61,644 nucleotides of DNA. Source: a virus (Duplodnaviria > Caudoviricetes). Positions 1 through 9,505 of the stretch are shown piece after piece. The notes beneath the pieces are model-generated. The model had not been told where the DNA came from. It ran no database searches and was given only the letters and a program-made list of their open reading frames with translations. Location of the stretch: positions 1-61,644 of the IMG/VR virus record IMGVR_UViG_3300037584_003288; one strand, written 5' to 3'. Every line of letters begins with the position of its first letter. Position 1 is the stretch's first letter. The position numbers and the translations under genes are program-made.

Positions 1-180
1 TGTCGCCGCCAAGAGTAAGAACCGGATCGTCTATAGTGACAACGGTGCTGTTCACAGTCGTTGTCGTGCCGTCCACCTGAAGGTCGCCGAAGACCCTGAC
101 TGTGCCGCCGGACTCGACTCGCAATCTTTCGGTAGACGCTGTGCTTAGTCTTATTTCGTCAAGGGCATTAAGGAATAGCT
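1..180. repeat. Terminal redundancy with 61465-61644
   Basis: 54-180 is identical to 61518-61644 (127 bp). 1-53 differs from 61465-61517 at positions 11, 14, 20, 35, 50 and 53. Confidence 0.97.
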
Positions 181-2602
181 TGTTGTTGCTATCACCTTTT
201 ACGCTGACGTTTCCATTGTTTAGGAAGATAGAATTAGTCGTTCCGGTGGTGAGGCCAATATTACCCGCAACCGTCAAGTCATATACCGGATTTGTGACTC
301 CGATGCCGACGTTACCCGAAGGCAAAATCCTCATCGCCTCAGCTAGACCCGATCCTGAATGGGTCTTGAATATCATTTGGCTTCCTGATCCGTTGCCTTG
401 CCCCGTAATTGTTGCGGCCTCGCGTCCGGTCTCGCGCAAATACAAAAGGTCGCCGGTTCCTTGAACTTCAAGTTCACCTGCTGGTGAAGTAGTGCCGATG
501 CCGACGTTTCCGCTGCTATCAACTGTCAACAAATCACCCGCGCTGCCGCCGTTACTTGTGATGTTAAATAAGTCGCCCGACTGTCCCGAAGCGCCTTCAA
601 TAGACAATGGGATTCTGGCGGAGCTTTCTGCTGTAAACGTAAATTGATTGAACGAATCCCAGTCTAGGCCGTTCGAGGCGTTACCAATGCCGCCCCCGTA
701 ATTGCCGCCGCTGTATATGTATAGTGCTCGCGTAGCGTTTATTTGTGAGTTGCCTGAAGACTGAACATACGCTTGCAAGTTCTCGCCTGACTTATCGTCG
801 TATCCGTTAATTTTAATGCCCTTATTGTCTGCGCTTTGAGCAATATCGAGCTTTGCCGCTGGAACTGTTACATCAATACCAACATTATCAGAGGTATCTA
901 TGGTCAAAGCTGGGAATTGCCCTGCTCTTGCGATGGTAAAGTAGCTATGGTTCACCCCTCCTGAACCTGATGCAACTCTCCATGTCTGTCCGTTTGGAGT
1001 ATTGGTTAGCCTTATCCCCGTCTTGTCAGGGCCATCTACCCCCGAACCCATTGCGCCTGATACATGCAAAAGAGCAGCCGGTGCCGTAGTTCCGATGCCG
1101 ACGTTGCCGCCCTCAAGAATTGTTAATCTTTCGGTAAGACCACCACCGCCATTGACTCTTGTTGATAGAGCCAAGCCAGCTCCGTAATCCCCAGCGGTAG
1201 CGTTCGTTTTCTTTGCTTCTATGCTTCCGAATACTGTTAAGGAACTACCTTGATATACCCCCTTAAAATCAATCTCTCCACCGACACCCGCTGCAACTGA
1301 AGCTGTATCAGAAACAGTTATAACCCCACTGGAACCTTTTGCGCCAGCTACCTCAAGCTTTGTCGATGGTGCCGAAGTGCCGATGCCGGCCCGCCCCGTA
1401 TCGCGGGGGATAGTGATGACGTTTATGTCATCAGAAAGGGTCGTGTTGTTAGGCGCGTGAACGCCAATGTTTAACGCGTTAGCGCTCCCATCGTAATGAA
1501 CAAACGCGCCTGAGTAATTGCTGCTTCCTTCAATGAGTCGAATTTTGCTCCCCTCTGCGTTGTTGCCGTTGCACTGGACCGCAAGCGTTGCAGTGGTTGC
1601 TCCGTTTATATGTAGAGGGTATGCCGGTAAAGCGACTCCTATTCCTATATTTCCATCCGAATGAATACGCAACCTCTCAGATCCACCTGTAGTAAATCCT
1701 AACGCATCGGCACCTGACCGATACATCCCCGTGTTGGGGTCATCGCTGAAGGTAAACGATGGCGCAGCGGCTGAACCGTTACGGTTGAAGATGCCGGTGC
1801 CAGCATAGATCTTTAAGCCTGTGGATGCGAAGTTGGCAATCCAGCTACCGCCTATGGCGACATTTAGTTCTCCAGCAGTCCGGTTGAAAAAGCCAGTGTC
1901 TGTGTCCGAAGAAAAAGTAAGAGATGGGCTACCCGCTGAACCTGCTCCAACGGTGACCTTGCCACTAAAATAACCATCGCGGAACGGGTTGCTCGACAGA
2001 CCAATGTCAATTGTGCTCACCATGCCATAGATAGGCTTGCGGAGTCCGATATTATTCGTGCCTATGTTGATCTTCTCAGTCCCATTAAACTGGATCTGAC
2101 CGCCGGAACCCTCGACGAAATTAAGATGGCCCATCTGGACAGTTGCAGCCGTCCCACTAAAGACTTCGTTCGAGTTCGTCGCGCTCGTCAGGAATGTAAA
2201 CGCATCCGCACTGTCGTCGTAACCCATGAAGCCAGTCTTCTGGGCACCGTCGTGGTAAAAGAATTCTATGCCGCGATCTTTTGAGTCGTCCAGCGCGTCA
2301 GTCCGCTGCTGACCACCAAGCGAGAAGATGGGGTCATCAATCGTGATGACAGTTGAGTTGAAAGTGGTGGCGCTGCCATTGACCTCAAACTCGCCGTTGA
2401 TGAACAACTTATCGGCGCTCTGGTCCCAGAGCATATACTTGCCACTGGTATCCCCGAAGAACTTTACGTCGTGGCCGGTGCCATCGACGCCAACAGTAAG
2501 GGGGCCTGAGATGGTGCCCCCTGAGTTAAGACCTACTGGTCCCTCTGAAACTACAGTTACCTGATCAAGACTCTGGGTTATGGTTATTGTCTCATTAGCC
2601 AT
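1..2602 (-). CDS. Long modular tail fibre, N-terminal part (runs off the left end of the window)
   Basis: ATG at 2602 overlaps the upstream stop (TAATG). Reads MANETITITQSLDQVTVVSEGPVG... In-frame GNVGIG/GNIGIG repeats at ~1652, 1106, 509 and 314. Absent from the ORF track because no stop is reached. The last codons (VNSTVVTIDDPVLTLGGD) match the start of ORF 59519-61588. Confidence 0.88.
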   Translation of the reverse strand, partial: MANETITITQSLDQVTVVSEGPVGLNSGGTISGPLTVGVDGTGHDVKFFGDTSGKYMLWDQSADKLFINGEFEVNGSATTFNSTVITIDDPIFSLGGQQRTDALDDSKDRGIEFFYHDGAQKTGFMGYDDSADAFTFLTSATNSNEVFSGTAATVQMGHLNFVEGSGGQIQFNGTEKINIGTNNIGLRKPIYGMVSTIDIGLSSNPFRDGYFSGKVTVGAGSAGSPSLTFSSDTDTGFFNRTAGELNVAIGGSWIANFASTGLKIYAGTGIFNRNGSAAAPSFTFSDDPNTGMYRSGADALGFTTGGSERLRIHSDGNIGIGVALPAYPLHINGATTATLAVQCNGNNAEGSKIRLIEGSSNYSGAFVHYDGSANALNIGVHAPNNTTLSDDINVITIPRDTGRAGIGTSAPSTKLEVAGAKGSSGVITVSDTASVAAGVGGEIDFKGVYQGSSLTVFGSIEAKKTNATAGDYGAGLALSTRVNGGGGLTERLTILEGGNVGIGTTAPAALLHVSGAMGSGVDGPDKTGIRLTNTPNGQTWRVASGSGGVNHSYFTIARAGQFPALTIDTSDNVGIDVTVPAAKLDIAQSADNKGIKINGYDDKSGENLQAYVQSSGNSQINATRALYIYSGGNYGGGIGNASNGLDWDSFNQFTFTAESSARIPLSIEGASGQSGDLFNITSNGGSAGDLLTVDSSGNVGIGTTSPAGELEVQGTGDLLYLRETGREAATITGQGNGSGSQMIFKTHSGSGLAEAMRILPSGNVGIGVTNPVYDLTVAGNIGLTTGTTNSIFLNNGNVSVKGDSNNKLFLNALDEIRLSTASTERLRVESGGTVRVFGDLQVDGTTTTVNSTVVTIDDPVLTLGGD

Positions 2603-2985
2603 TATGCGATGATTTCAGGTGTTATATCAAAAGTAAGATTTACGTGGTGTACCACTTGGCCTCCTTGAGTTATTCTCAAATCTCCCGCCACTGTCTGGGT
2701 CACATTGGGTAGTGCCGCTGCCTGTGTTGTGCTCCACAACAATTTAATATTGGGGGCGGTCGCATGGAATGTGATGCGGCTATCTTTTGTGGCATCCGCG
2801 GGGGTTGAGGTTCCCGAGATTAAAGTGTCAATTACAGTTCCAGTAATGAACTCTCCGTTCTCTTTTTGGCGAATGACCAACTCACCTGTGAAGCCGCTAG
2901 AAAAATCAACGACCGCTCCACCGGAGTTCTTGAATGTAACGTCGATCTGCTGTTGCTGTCCGCGCTGTAATTGAATGTTAGCCAT
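2602..2985 (-). CDS. Tail-associated protein (possible fibre attachment/baseplate-upper-like beta domain)
   Basis: 127-aa beta-rich ORF translationally coupled to the tail fibre gene. Function is inferred from position. Confidence 0.6.
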   Translation of the reverse strand: MANIQLQRGQQQQIDVTFKNSGGAVVDFSSGFTGELVIRQKENGEFITGTVIDTLISGTSTPADATKDSRITFHATAPNIKLLWSTTQAAALPNVTQTVAGDLRITQGGQVVHHVNLTFDITPEIIA

Positions 2986-2993
2986 GGTTCAGG

Positions 2994-3311
2994 TTACGGG
3001 GTGTTTTCCTGAGAGGTCCAATCGGCACCAGCAAGTTCTGCCAAGATTTCTGCGTGGGTGTAAGTGTCCATGCCCTCAAAAGGCTCAGGGGTTTCACCGT
3101 CCCACTTAAGAATTGTCTTTGTGCCGTCTAGTGAGAGACGCAAAGTGTTCTTGGAGCTTTCAATGGCGGCATCAATAAACGTGTTGCCGACCACTACCTG
3201 CTCCGTAGTCTCCTCTCCTTCTTCGTCGATGACTGTTTGCTCTTCGCTGATGTCTCCGGCGTTGATTGCTTCAAGGGTCATTACAACCCACTTTCTATTT
3301 TCGTAACTCAT
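2994..3311 (-). CDS. Small acidic phage protein
   Basis: 105-aa ORF tightly packed in the structural operon (LRLSLDGTKTILKW...YTHAEILAEL...W motif). Confidence 0.75.
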   Translation of the reverse strand: MSYENRKWVVMTLEAINAGDISEEQTVIDEEGEETTEQVVVGNTFIDAAIESSKNTLRLSLDGTKTILKWDGETPEPFEGMDTYTHAEILAELAGADWTSQENTP

Positions 3312-3313
3312 GG

Positions 3314-6300
3314 TTAATAAGGGGTATCTAGTTGTAGGTCTGAAGTTGTCATGTTGGTCATCACTGCTGCGCCTCCGACCTTGGTCAGGCTTAGGTTAGA
3401 AAACTGGACGAACTTGTCGGCGCTAAGGTCGTTTACATTAAGCATTGTGTTGGTTGACCCACTATACACAAAATAAAATACTTTAGTTCCGCTTCCAGAA
3501 GGAAGAGAGGTGTAAGACGAGCCGTCGTAATAACGTGGAAAAGCGTCTGAATCGTCTGTGAGAAAATCAAACTGAAGTTTGTAGACACAACCGGTTTCCA
3601 AATTAGTAGTCAGCGCATGAGTTCCTGTTCCCGCGCAAAGATTAGTTTTACCTCCAGCGTCACTGCCGCCGCTCGTTGGTCGGAAAAACCTCGCAGCAGT
3701 TCCGTTTGGAAAGGTTTCTTCGTTGGCGTTATAAGAAAACCAAGTGGCGTCCTTATATAAGTCAGCGTCTGCTTTGAACAGCTCTGGCCCGATGTATTGC
3801 CCACGGAGTCGCTTGACGCTAATATCCGTAGCTGAAAAGTTGACTGAGTTACTATAGCCACCAAGTTGAAATTGCAGGTGTGCGGTAGAGTCTTCTCCTG
3901 TTGCGGTCAGCAACACTTCATTAACGCCATTTGTGTTGGTGTTGTAAATGTTGCTAAGATTCACGTTGGCACCAGTAGCGTCACTTCTTAAGCCAACATT
4001 TACGGTGTTTGTTCCGCTTATGTAATCGAGGTTAAACGTGACCTTGTAGACTTCTCCGGTGCGGATTGAGAACGAGTTGGAAACAGCGGCACCTAAGTTA
4101 CCACTGGTTTCTATCGCAGAAGTAATGTCCCGACCACTAGTGACAAGGGTGTCAAAGGGATAAGTGGAACCATTTGTAAATCCTGTTATCAGCTCGCTGT
4201 CTTCAGCTTCCAGTCCCTGAAAGATTATATCGTTGGTGCCGTCAGCAGCAGGACTTGTCGCGTCCCCCATGCGCCAGTAGTGAAGCGCCTTGTCGCTCAA
4301 ATCGTATGCTCCTTGAGACTTAGAGATGTCTATGGGGCGTCCTCTGTTGAATAGGGCACGAATGGCTTCCTCGTCGAGTTCCTCATGGATGGAGAATTCG
4401 TCAAGGGAGCCTTCAAAATAAACGCTGCCGCCACGACCTATGCGAATACCTGTGGAGTAAGCAGAGGGAGTTCCGGCACTAGTGGCTTGGACTGTTTGCT
4501 CAACTCCATCACACCACAACTTAGAATTGTTAATGTCTGCGCTATCAAAATACACGGTCCAGTGGTGCCATAGGCCGTCATCTTGGGCAGAAGTATCGTT
4601 CCAGTATCTCCAGTTTCCAGCGCTCGTGTAGAGTAGCGGTTTGCCTGAGCTTTGATTAAAAATAAATGACCCTACAGTAGTATCTCCGTGGTCAAAAACA
4701 GGATTATCAGTAGTGCGTGTAGCTTTTGCCCAGAAGCTATAATAGCGCGTGGCTAAAGTTGCGTCCACTTGCGTTTGCAGAAACTCATCGTCCCCTTCGA
4801 GTATAATGCTCTTGGTGTTTGCCACCGGAGGTAGGGCGTAAATCTGCTTGGGTGCCTCTGTCTGGATTGTGGCTCCCGATATGGTGCCGGTGTTTCCGTT
4901 GACAGGCTTAACAGACAGTTGGCTTACCTTGAGGAATTTGCCGTTATCAAGATTCGCAAAGGTCATGTAAGGGGCTCCACTGAGCCCGAACATGTAGAAG
5001 GTCTTAACTCCGCTGCCCGCTGAAGATTGGTGGTGTCCACCTCCTCCCGTCACTTGCACAAGAGCGTTGGAATCGTCGGTCTCAAAGAGAAGGGTCAGTT
5101 TGTAAACCTTCGTCGCAACTAGGTCTTCCGTGAGGAAACCGATTGCATCGTCTGTGATATAAACATATCCACCAGAACTGCTTCCTCCACTTGCAGGTCG
5201 GTCAATACGAACACTTTCTCCAGCAACAAATGTGGGAGTGTTAGTGCCCAACCCACCCCACCTACCAGTAGTGTAGGGGTCTGCAACAGATAGCTCTGCG
5301 CCTAGTCCCGGATTCGTTTGGTCGAACAAATGAGAATCTACACGGCTACTCGTCCCGTCTGCCGCAGGGTTCGTGGCGTCCCCCATCTTGTAGTAAGCCT
5401 TGAGGTTGTCCCTGTAGATATCGTAGGCCCCAGTCTTTGTGGCAACAGGTGTGGGCTCCCCTGCGTTGTATAGGGCCTTGATGGCGTCACCATCGAGTGC
5501 AGCGTCCCAGACGGCTACCTCGCTAACAGAACCCTCCATATGATAAGTGCGTCCACCCGAACCGTCAGGGATAGCCCCTATGTAAAAATTTGTGTCAGGG
5601 TTGGCAGATGCAGCGGGTGTGTAGGAATGTGTATCTCTCGCTACTCCGTCAACATAGTAAGTTGCAGTGCCTCCATCAGCGACTAAAGCGATGTGATGCC
5701 ATAGGCCCGCAGTAATGTGAGCGCTGATGTCTGTGCTGCTCTTGCCAGTGGCTTGCAACGCAAACCCAGCGGCAGTTCCATTGAAGCCAACGTAAAATTG
5801 CTTACCGCTAGAATAGCACCCCAAGGCTTGGAACCCCGAGAAGTTAGCCATGTTGCACCAGAAAGATATAGTCGCATCAGTGTGGATGAAATCAGGTTGG
5901 AACCCTGTGTCCACAAATTCGTCCGTTGCGTCAAACGCCATACTCTTCGCGCTCCCTGCGCTGGGCAGATTCTGGGTCTTCTTGGGGACGCTTTCGGCGG
6001 TGCTCTCGTCTTTTATTACTGCGCCATTGATGGTGCCCACGTTCTGGACTTCCTTAAAACTAATATTAGAAAACTGAACGTATTGATTTGGACTCAGTTC
6101 AATTGCGCCAAGCGCGAGTCCAGCGTTTGCTGCTGTAAAAAGATAATTTACTGAGCCTGATCCAGTTTGAAGTGTTGTATATGATGACCCGTCATAAAAT
6201 CGAGCCAGCGCAATAGTGCCCGATGTCTCATCTGTCTCAAAATCAAACTTGAGCCTGTAAGTTTTGCCCACAGTAACATTGCCTGTGAGGATGCCGCCAC

Positions 6301-7150
6301 TTGCTAAAGAAGCTTGCAGTGCGCTATTGCTGCCGCCAGATGCTCCTCGCGCTACCCTTATTGAGTTTGTGGATGGGTTACTAACTGTGTTGCCGTAGGT
6401 AGTCCACCCCGAAGAATCGTATGGGTTGGCAATAGTCAGCTCACTACTCAGTCCACCATTCGGTCCTTGGTCAAACAGCAGGTTGCTATCCCCGTCGCTC
6501 TTACCGTCCAGCTTGCCTTCCCCCATCCTGAACCAGTGGGCAAGGTTTGGGTTAGTTCTTATTTTAGTCGGTTGTCCGTTGTTGTATAAGGCGTCTACTT
6601 CGCGTGCTGTGAGTGCGGAAGAAAAGATGGCTACCTCATCAAGAGAGCCGTCCATGAAGCCGCCCGCACCTCCCCTGCACCCCAAAAAGCCGTTTTGAAC
6701 TCCTCCCCATCCAGCGTCTAAATTGCCCCCATTGCCACCAGACTGTAAAACTCCGTCGAGGTATAATTTTGCGGCATTCTCGCTGGCATCCCAGACACCA
6801 ACCATATGATACCACTGACCCGTATTGAGCACAGAGTTTACAGCAACGGCGTAATGAGTGCCGCCATCAAACACATTGAATCGAGGTTTTCCGGCTTCCG
6901 CAATATTGAACTGCGCGAAATTGTTGGTGTCATATGCAGCTTCAAAAAGCCGTGTGTATGTAGCGTATTTAGCAAGGTCATCCGAGTTAATCCAAAGCGA
7001 GACTGAGAAATCATTGCTGCCAATGGCATTGAACACCGTCGGAAGCGCGAACTGCACGAAATCGTCCGTCCCGTCGAACTTGGTGGAAGAACGAGTTACG
7101 AATTTCCGAAAGCGTTTTGCTTTCTGGCTATTTCCCAATCCTAAACGCAT
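3314..7150 (-). CDS. Virion surface/receptor-binding protein with three LamG (concanavalin A-like) domains
   Basis: 1278 aa. Three units of FDG.DDF / SVSLW / W.H....D / G.LDEVAIF / ALYN.G.P / W.RMGD, alternating with ~120-aa beta-sandwich modules. Confidence 0.85.
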   Translation of the reverse strand: MRLGLGNSQKAKRFRKFVTRSSTKFDGTDDFVQFALPTVFNAIGSNDFSVSLWINSDDLAKYATYTRLFEAAYDTNNFAQFNIAEAGKPRFNVFDGGTHYAVAVNSVLNTGQWYHMVGVWDASENAAKLYLDGVLQSGGNGGNLDAGWGGVQNGFLGCRGGAGGFMDGSLDEVAIFSSALTAREVDALYNNGQPTKIRTNPNLAHWFRMGEGKLDGKSDGDSNLLFDQGPNGGLSSELTIANPYDSSGWTTYGNTVSNPSTNSIRVARGASGGSNSALQASLASGGILTGNVTVGKTYRLKFDFETDETSGTIALARFYDGSSYTTLQTGSGSVNYLFTAANAGLALGAIELSPNQYVQFSNISFKEVQNVGTINGAVIKDESTAESVPKKTQNLPSAGSAKSMAFDATDEFVDTGFQPDFIHTDATISFWCNMANFSGFQALGCYSSGKQFYVGFNGTAAGFALQATGKSSTDISAHITAGLWHHIALVADGGTATYYVDGVARDTHSYTPAASANPDTNFYIGAIPDGSGGRTYHMEGSVSEVAVWDAALDGDAIKALYNAGEPTPVATKTGAYDIYRDNLKAYYKMGDATNPAADGTSSRVDSHLFDQTNPGLGAELSVADPYTTGRWGGLGTNTPTFVAGESVRIDRPASGGSSSGGYVYITDDAIGFLTEDLVATKVYKLTLLFETDDSNALVQVTGGGGHHQSSAGSGVKTFYMFGLSGAPYMTFANLDNGKFLKVSQLSVKPVNGNTGTISGATIQTEAPKQIYALPPVANTKSIILEGDDEFLQTQVDATLATRYYSFWAKATRTTDNPVFDHGDTTVGSFIFNQSSGKPLLYTSAGNWRYWNDTSAQDDGLWHHWTVYFDSADINNSKLWCDGVEQTVQATSAGTPSAYSTGIRIGRGGSVYFEGSLDEFSIHEELDEEAIRALFNRGRPIDISKSQGAYDLSDKALHYWRMGDATSPAADGTNDIIFQGLEAEDSELITGFTNGSTYPFDTLVTSGRDITSAIETSGNLGAAVSNSFSIRTGEVYKVTFNLDYISGTNTVNVGLRSDATGANVNLSNIYNTNTNGVNEVLLTATGEDSTAHLQFQLGGYSNSVNFSATDISVKRLRGQYIGPELFKADADLYKDATWFSYNANEETFPNGTAARFFRPTSGGSDAGGKTNLCAGTGTHALTTNLETGCVYKLQFDFLTDDSDAFPRYYDGSSYTSLPSGSGTKVFYFVYSGSTNTMLNVNDLSADKFVQFSNLSLTKVGGAAVMTNMTTSDLQLDTPY

Positions 7151-7410
7151 TACGCAGCTTTGTAAGCTAACACTTTTCCGCTAGACAGTTGGAAAGCGGT
7201 GATCTGGCCGAAGATAGAAGAACCTTCGGGGAAGACTACAGAACCCGACGCTACGGTGTCGCCGTCTAGTTCTGGCCATGTCAGTGAGGTAAACACTGTG
7301 TCTTCTAAAAAGAAGATAGAACAGAACTCACCTGTTACAGCAGTAGTCCCAGATTCAAAAGTCGCTCCAGCCTGCCCGAAGGATTGTTTTTCGATGTTTG
7401 ATGTTGCCAT
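7150..7410 (-). CDS. Small virion-associated protein
   Basis: 86 aa, stop overlaps the LamG gene start. C-terminal FP.G..I.G......L.SG.V.AY pattern is typical of small phage structural proteins. Confidence 0.75.
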   Translation of the reverse strand: MATSNIEKQSFGQAGATFESGTTAVTGEFCSIFFLEDTVFTSLTWPELDGDTVASGSVVFPEGSSIFGQITAFQLSSGKVLAYKAA

Positions 7411-7427
7411 GATTGTTGGTTGTTAAA

Positions 7428-7838
7428 TTATACCGAAGCGGTCATTTGGACCGCTAAGTAAGTAAAGTCTACTGTATCGCTACCAGAGTTCCCCCACGAA
7501 CGTACGCGTACGTCAGCTAGATCGTGGACCGTAATAATATTTACTTGCTGTGGGCGTATGAATATTTCAAATGTGGTCGTACTCGCATCCAAAGAAACTG
7601 CGAGAGATACCGGGTTGGTATCCGAAGTAGCGTTATTATTCCTGAGCATCAAGAGAACACTATGCGCCGACGTTTCAATATCTCCTGTAGCAACTAAAGA
7701 CTCAGGAGTGCCTGAAGCTGCTTGTTGTCCTAATACATAGGGGGTTGGGTCAAGGGCTGAGGTCGCGGCGGAGTTAAACGCCAGCGCTACGCTGTCTACA
7801 GACATAGATGCAGCGTGATTTACAGTTGAAGCGGCCAT
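7428..7838 (-). CDS. Hypothetical structural protein
   Basis: 136-aa ORF preceded by a leaderless-type promoter. Confidence 0.7.
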   Translation of the reverse strand: MAASTVNHAASMSVDSVALAFNSAATSALDPTPYVLGQQAASGTPESLVATGDIETSAHSVLLMLRNNNATSDTNPVSLAVSLDASTTTFEIFIRPQQVNIITVHDLADVRVRSWGNSGSDTVDFTYLAVQMTASV

Positions 7839-7844
7839 GCAATA

Positions 7845-7873
7845 ACTTTACACAAATAATACTTTCACTTCAA
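7845..7873 (-). promoter_or_regulatory. Sigma70-like leaderless promoter
   Basis: TTGAAG-17-TAAAGT, 6 nt before ATG 7838. Confidence 0.55.
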
Positions 7874-7879
7874 GCCCAC

Positions 7880-9148
7880 TTACTCTCGGTCAATGGCTTG
7901 TCGGGTCCTAGAACTCTGGGCTTCAGAAGACTCGGCAAGCTCTTCTTGAAGCCGTTGAAAAGCTTGTTTAGCCACTAAAGCTCGCTCTTCAGGGTCTTGT
8001 GGGAACCCTGCCTTTTTCAAGAAGTTCATAAGAAACTGCATCCTACGCCGGTCAACTACGCTATCGGGATTGTACGCTTTACGATTAAAATCTTTGAAAG
8101 CTACTTTCAGATAGCCCATTCCATTCGGAACATCTTCTGCAAACTCTTCAATGTCCGAGGCGCTAACAGACGGAGATTCTTCTAACTCTACATCTGCACC
8201 GAAGTCTTCCATTTCAGGTTCTCCGGCATCGGCTTCTGCGTCTGGAAGTTTAGCCGCCATCTGTCTCGATGCCGCGGGTGGGTCGGCGCGTTCTTCGAGT
8301 TCGACATCAGGAACGTCTGCCGGAGGCGAATCCTCTAGGTCTGCGTCGATGCTATCTTTAACGCGATCTACCAGTCTTTCGACTTTGAACCCTTGTTCGG
8401 TTTCTTCCGTAGGTTCTTTTTGCATCGTAGGGTTGGCTCTGCCTAACTCTTCGAGTGCTTTAGATACTTGCGAAATATCGGGGGTGGGGCCTGCGTCTTC
8501 TGGTATGACTCGGGCACTAGGTACGTCGTCGGCGTCGGGGCGGTCTACTTCCGCTTTTGATGGTAGGGCGTCCCCTTTCTTTTTACCCGCAGGTTTTTGA
8601 ACATCTTTTGCTTCAGGCTCTACTTTATCAGGAGCGCCTTCCTCGGGTGGGTCGAGGTCTTCGGGTTTTGGCTTATCAGAAACAGCTTTTCCGGGGTCGG
8701 ATTTGGCTTCTTTCTTTTCTGATTTTATGGACTCGGGTACGTCTATAGCCCTGTTGTAGATCGACGGGTCCAGTGCTCCAAAGGTATTGTAGTTACCCTC
8801 CTTTCTTTGTTTCTTAACGTAGTCGTAATCTTCCTGAGTAATTGTACGATCTTGGGGGGTGGGGTCATATTTACTAGAGATCCCGGCTTTACCCTGCTGG
8901 GTCATTCTTTCAGGGCTCCCCACTAATCTTTCCTTGCTGTATTCTCCATCTCTTGGATTGTCAGGTATGGTGACAGTAACTTTCTCACTGTCGGGATACG
9001 ATTGAAGCGCACCCAGCATGGTCTTTACGACCGCTTTGTTGTAGGGGATTCCTTTTTTCTCTGCTTGTGTGACAGCAGCCATTTGATCATAGCGCGACAA
9101 CTTTTTGAAGTCGTCCACCATCATGGGAAATGTGTAGGTCTTAGCCAT
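7880..9148 (-). CDS. Acidic low-complexity hypothetical protein
   Basis: 422-aa D/E/P-rich ORF in the structural block. Confidence 0.75.
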   Translation of the reverse strand: MAKTYTFPMMVDDFKKLSRYDQMAAVTQAEKKGIPYNKAVVKTMLGALQSYPDSEKVTVTIPDNPRDGEYSKERLVGSPERMTQQGKAGISSKYDPTPQDRTITQEDYDYVKKQRKEGNYNTFGALDPSIYNRAIDVPESIKSEKKEAKSDPGKAVSDKPKPEDLDPPEEGAPDKVEPEAKDVQKPAGKKKGDALPSKAEVDRPDADDVPSARVIPEDAGPTPDISQVSKALEELGRANPTMQKEPTEETEQGFKVERLVDRVKDSIDADLEDSPPADVPDVELEERADPPAASRQMAAKLPDAEADAGEPEMEDFGADVELEESPSVSASDIEEFAEDVPNGMGYLKVAFKDFNRKAYNPDSVVDRRRMQFLMNFLKKAGFPQDPEERALVAKQAFQRLQEELAESSEAQSSRTRQAIDRE

Positions 9149-9161
9149 TATTTTAGTGGGT

Positions 9162-9206
9162 AAAAGAAATCCCGAACCCCGAAAGGTTCTTCAGGGTTCG
9201 GGATTT
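9162..9206 (-). terminator. Intrinsic terminator downstream of the capsid genes
   Basis: Minus strand AAATCCCGAACCC...GGGTTCGGGATTT followed by CTTTT. Confidence 0.75.
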
Positions 9207-9228
9207 ATGGTTAGGGATTAGGGTGTAG

Positions 9229-9441
9229 TTAAATCGACCCTGTAGTAGCTACAAGGGCTGTATCATCGTTGATAGAAGCAAAGAAATTAGCTACAGTAAT
9301 TGTTTTAATCTTCTGTTGGGAAACATCGTAAATCAGGATCAGATCCTGAGTTGCTATCCCAGTTGCAGTTCCGGCAACGGACTGATCCAGTTCAGCCGAA
9401 ACCAGTTTTTCGAGAATAGGGGAATCATCAAGAGTAGGCAT
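9229..9441 (-). CDS. Small protein, possible capsid decoration/accessory
   Basis: 70-aa ORF immediately after the major capsid gene. Confidence 0.65.
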   Translation of the reverse strand: MPTLDDSPILEKLVSAELDQSVAGTATGIATQDLILIYDVSQQKIKTITVANFFASINDDTALVATTGSI

Positions 9442-9505
9442 GATATAAAGTGGTTTAGCGCGGGGTGGCAGTGTTTAACCACCACCCCGCACAAGTTATG
9501 ATACC

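Noticed and set aside
102-2564. Plus-strand ORFs at 102, 1002 and 2328 (also 60417-61061 and many antisense ORFs over the giant gene)
   Set aside because: Shadow frames of real minus-strand genes; PMPTLP is the antisense of GNVGIG.
1-2602. Diversity-generating retroelement or invertase shufflon acting on the tail fibre
   Set aside because: No reverse transcriptase or tyrosine/serine recombinase was recognised, and the end mismatches are synonymous and not adenine-specific.
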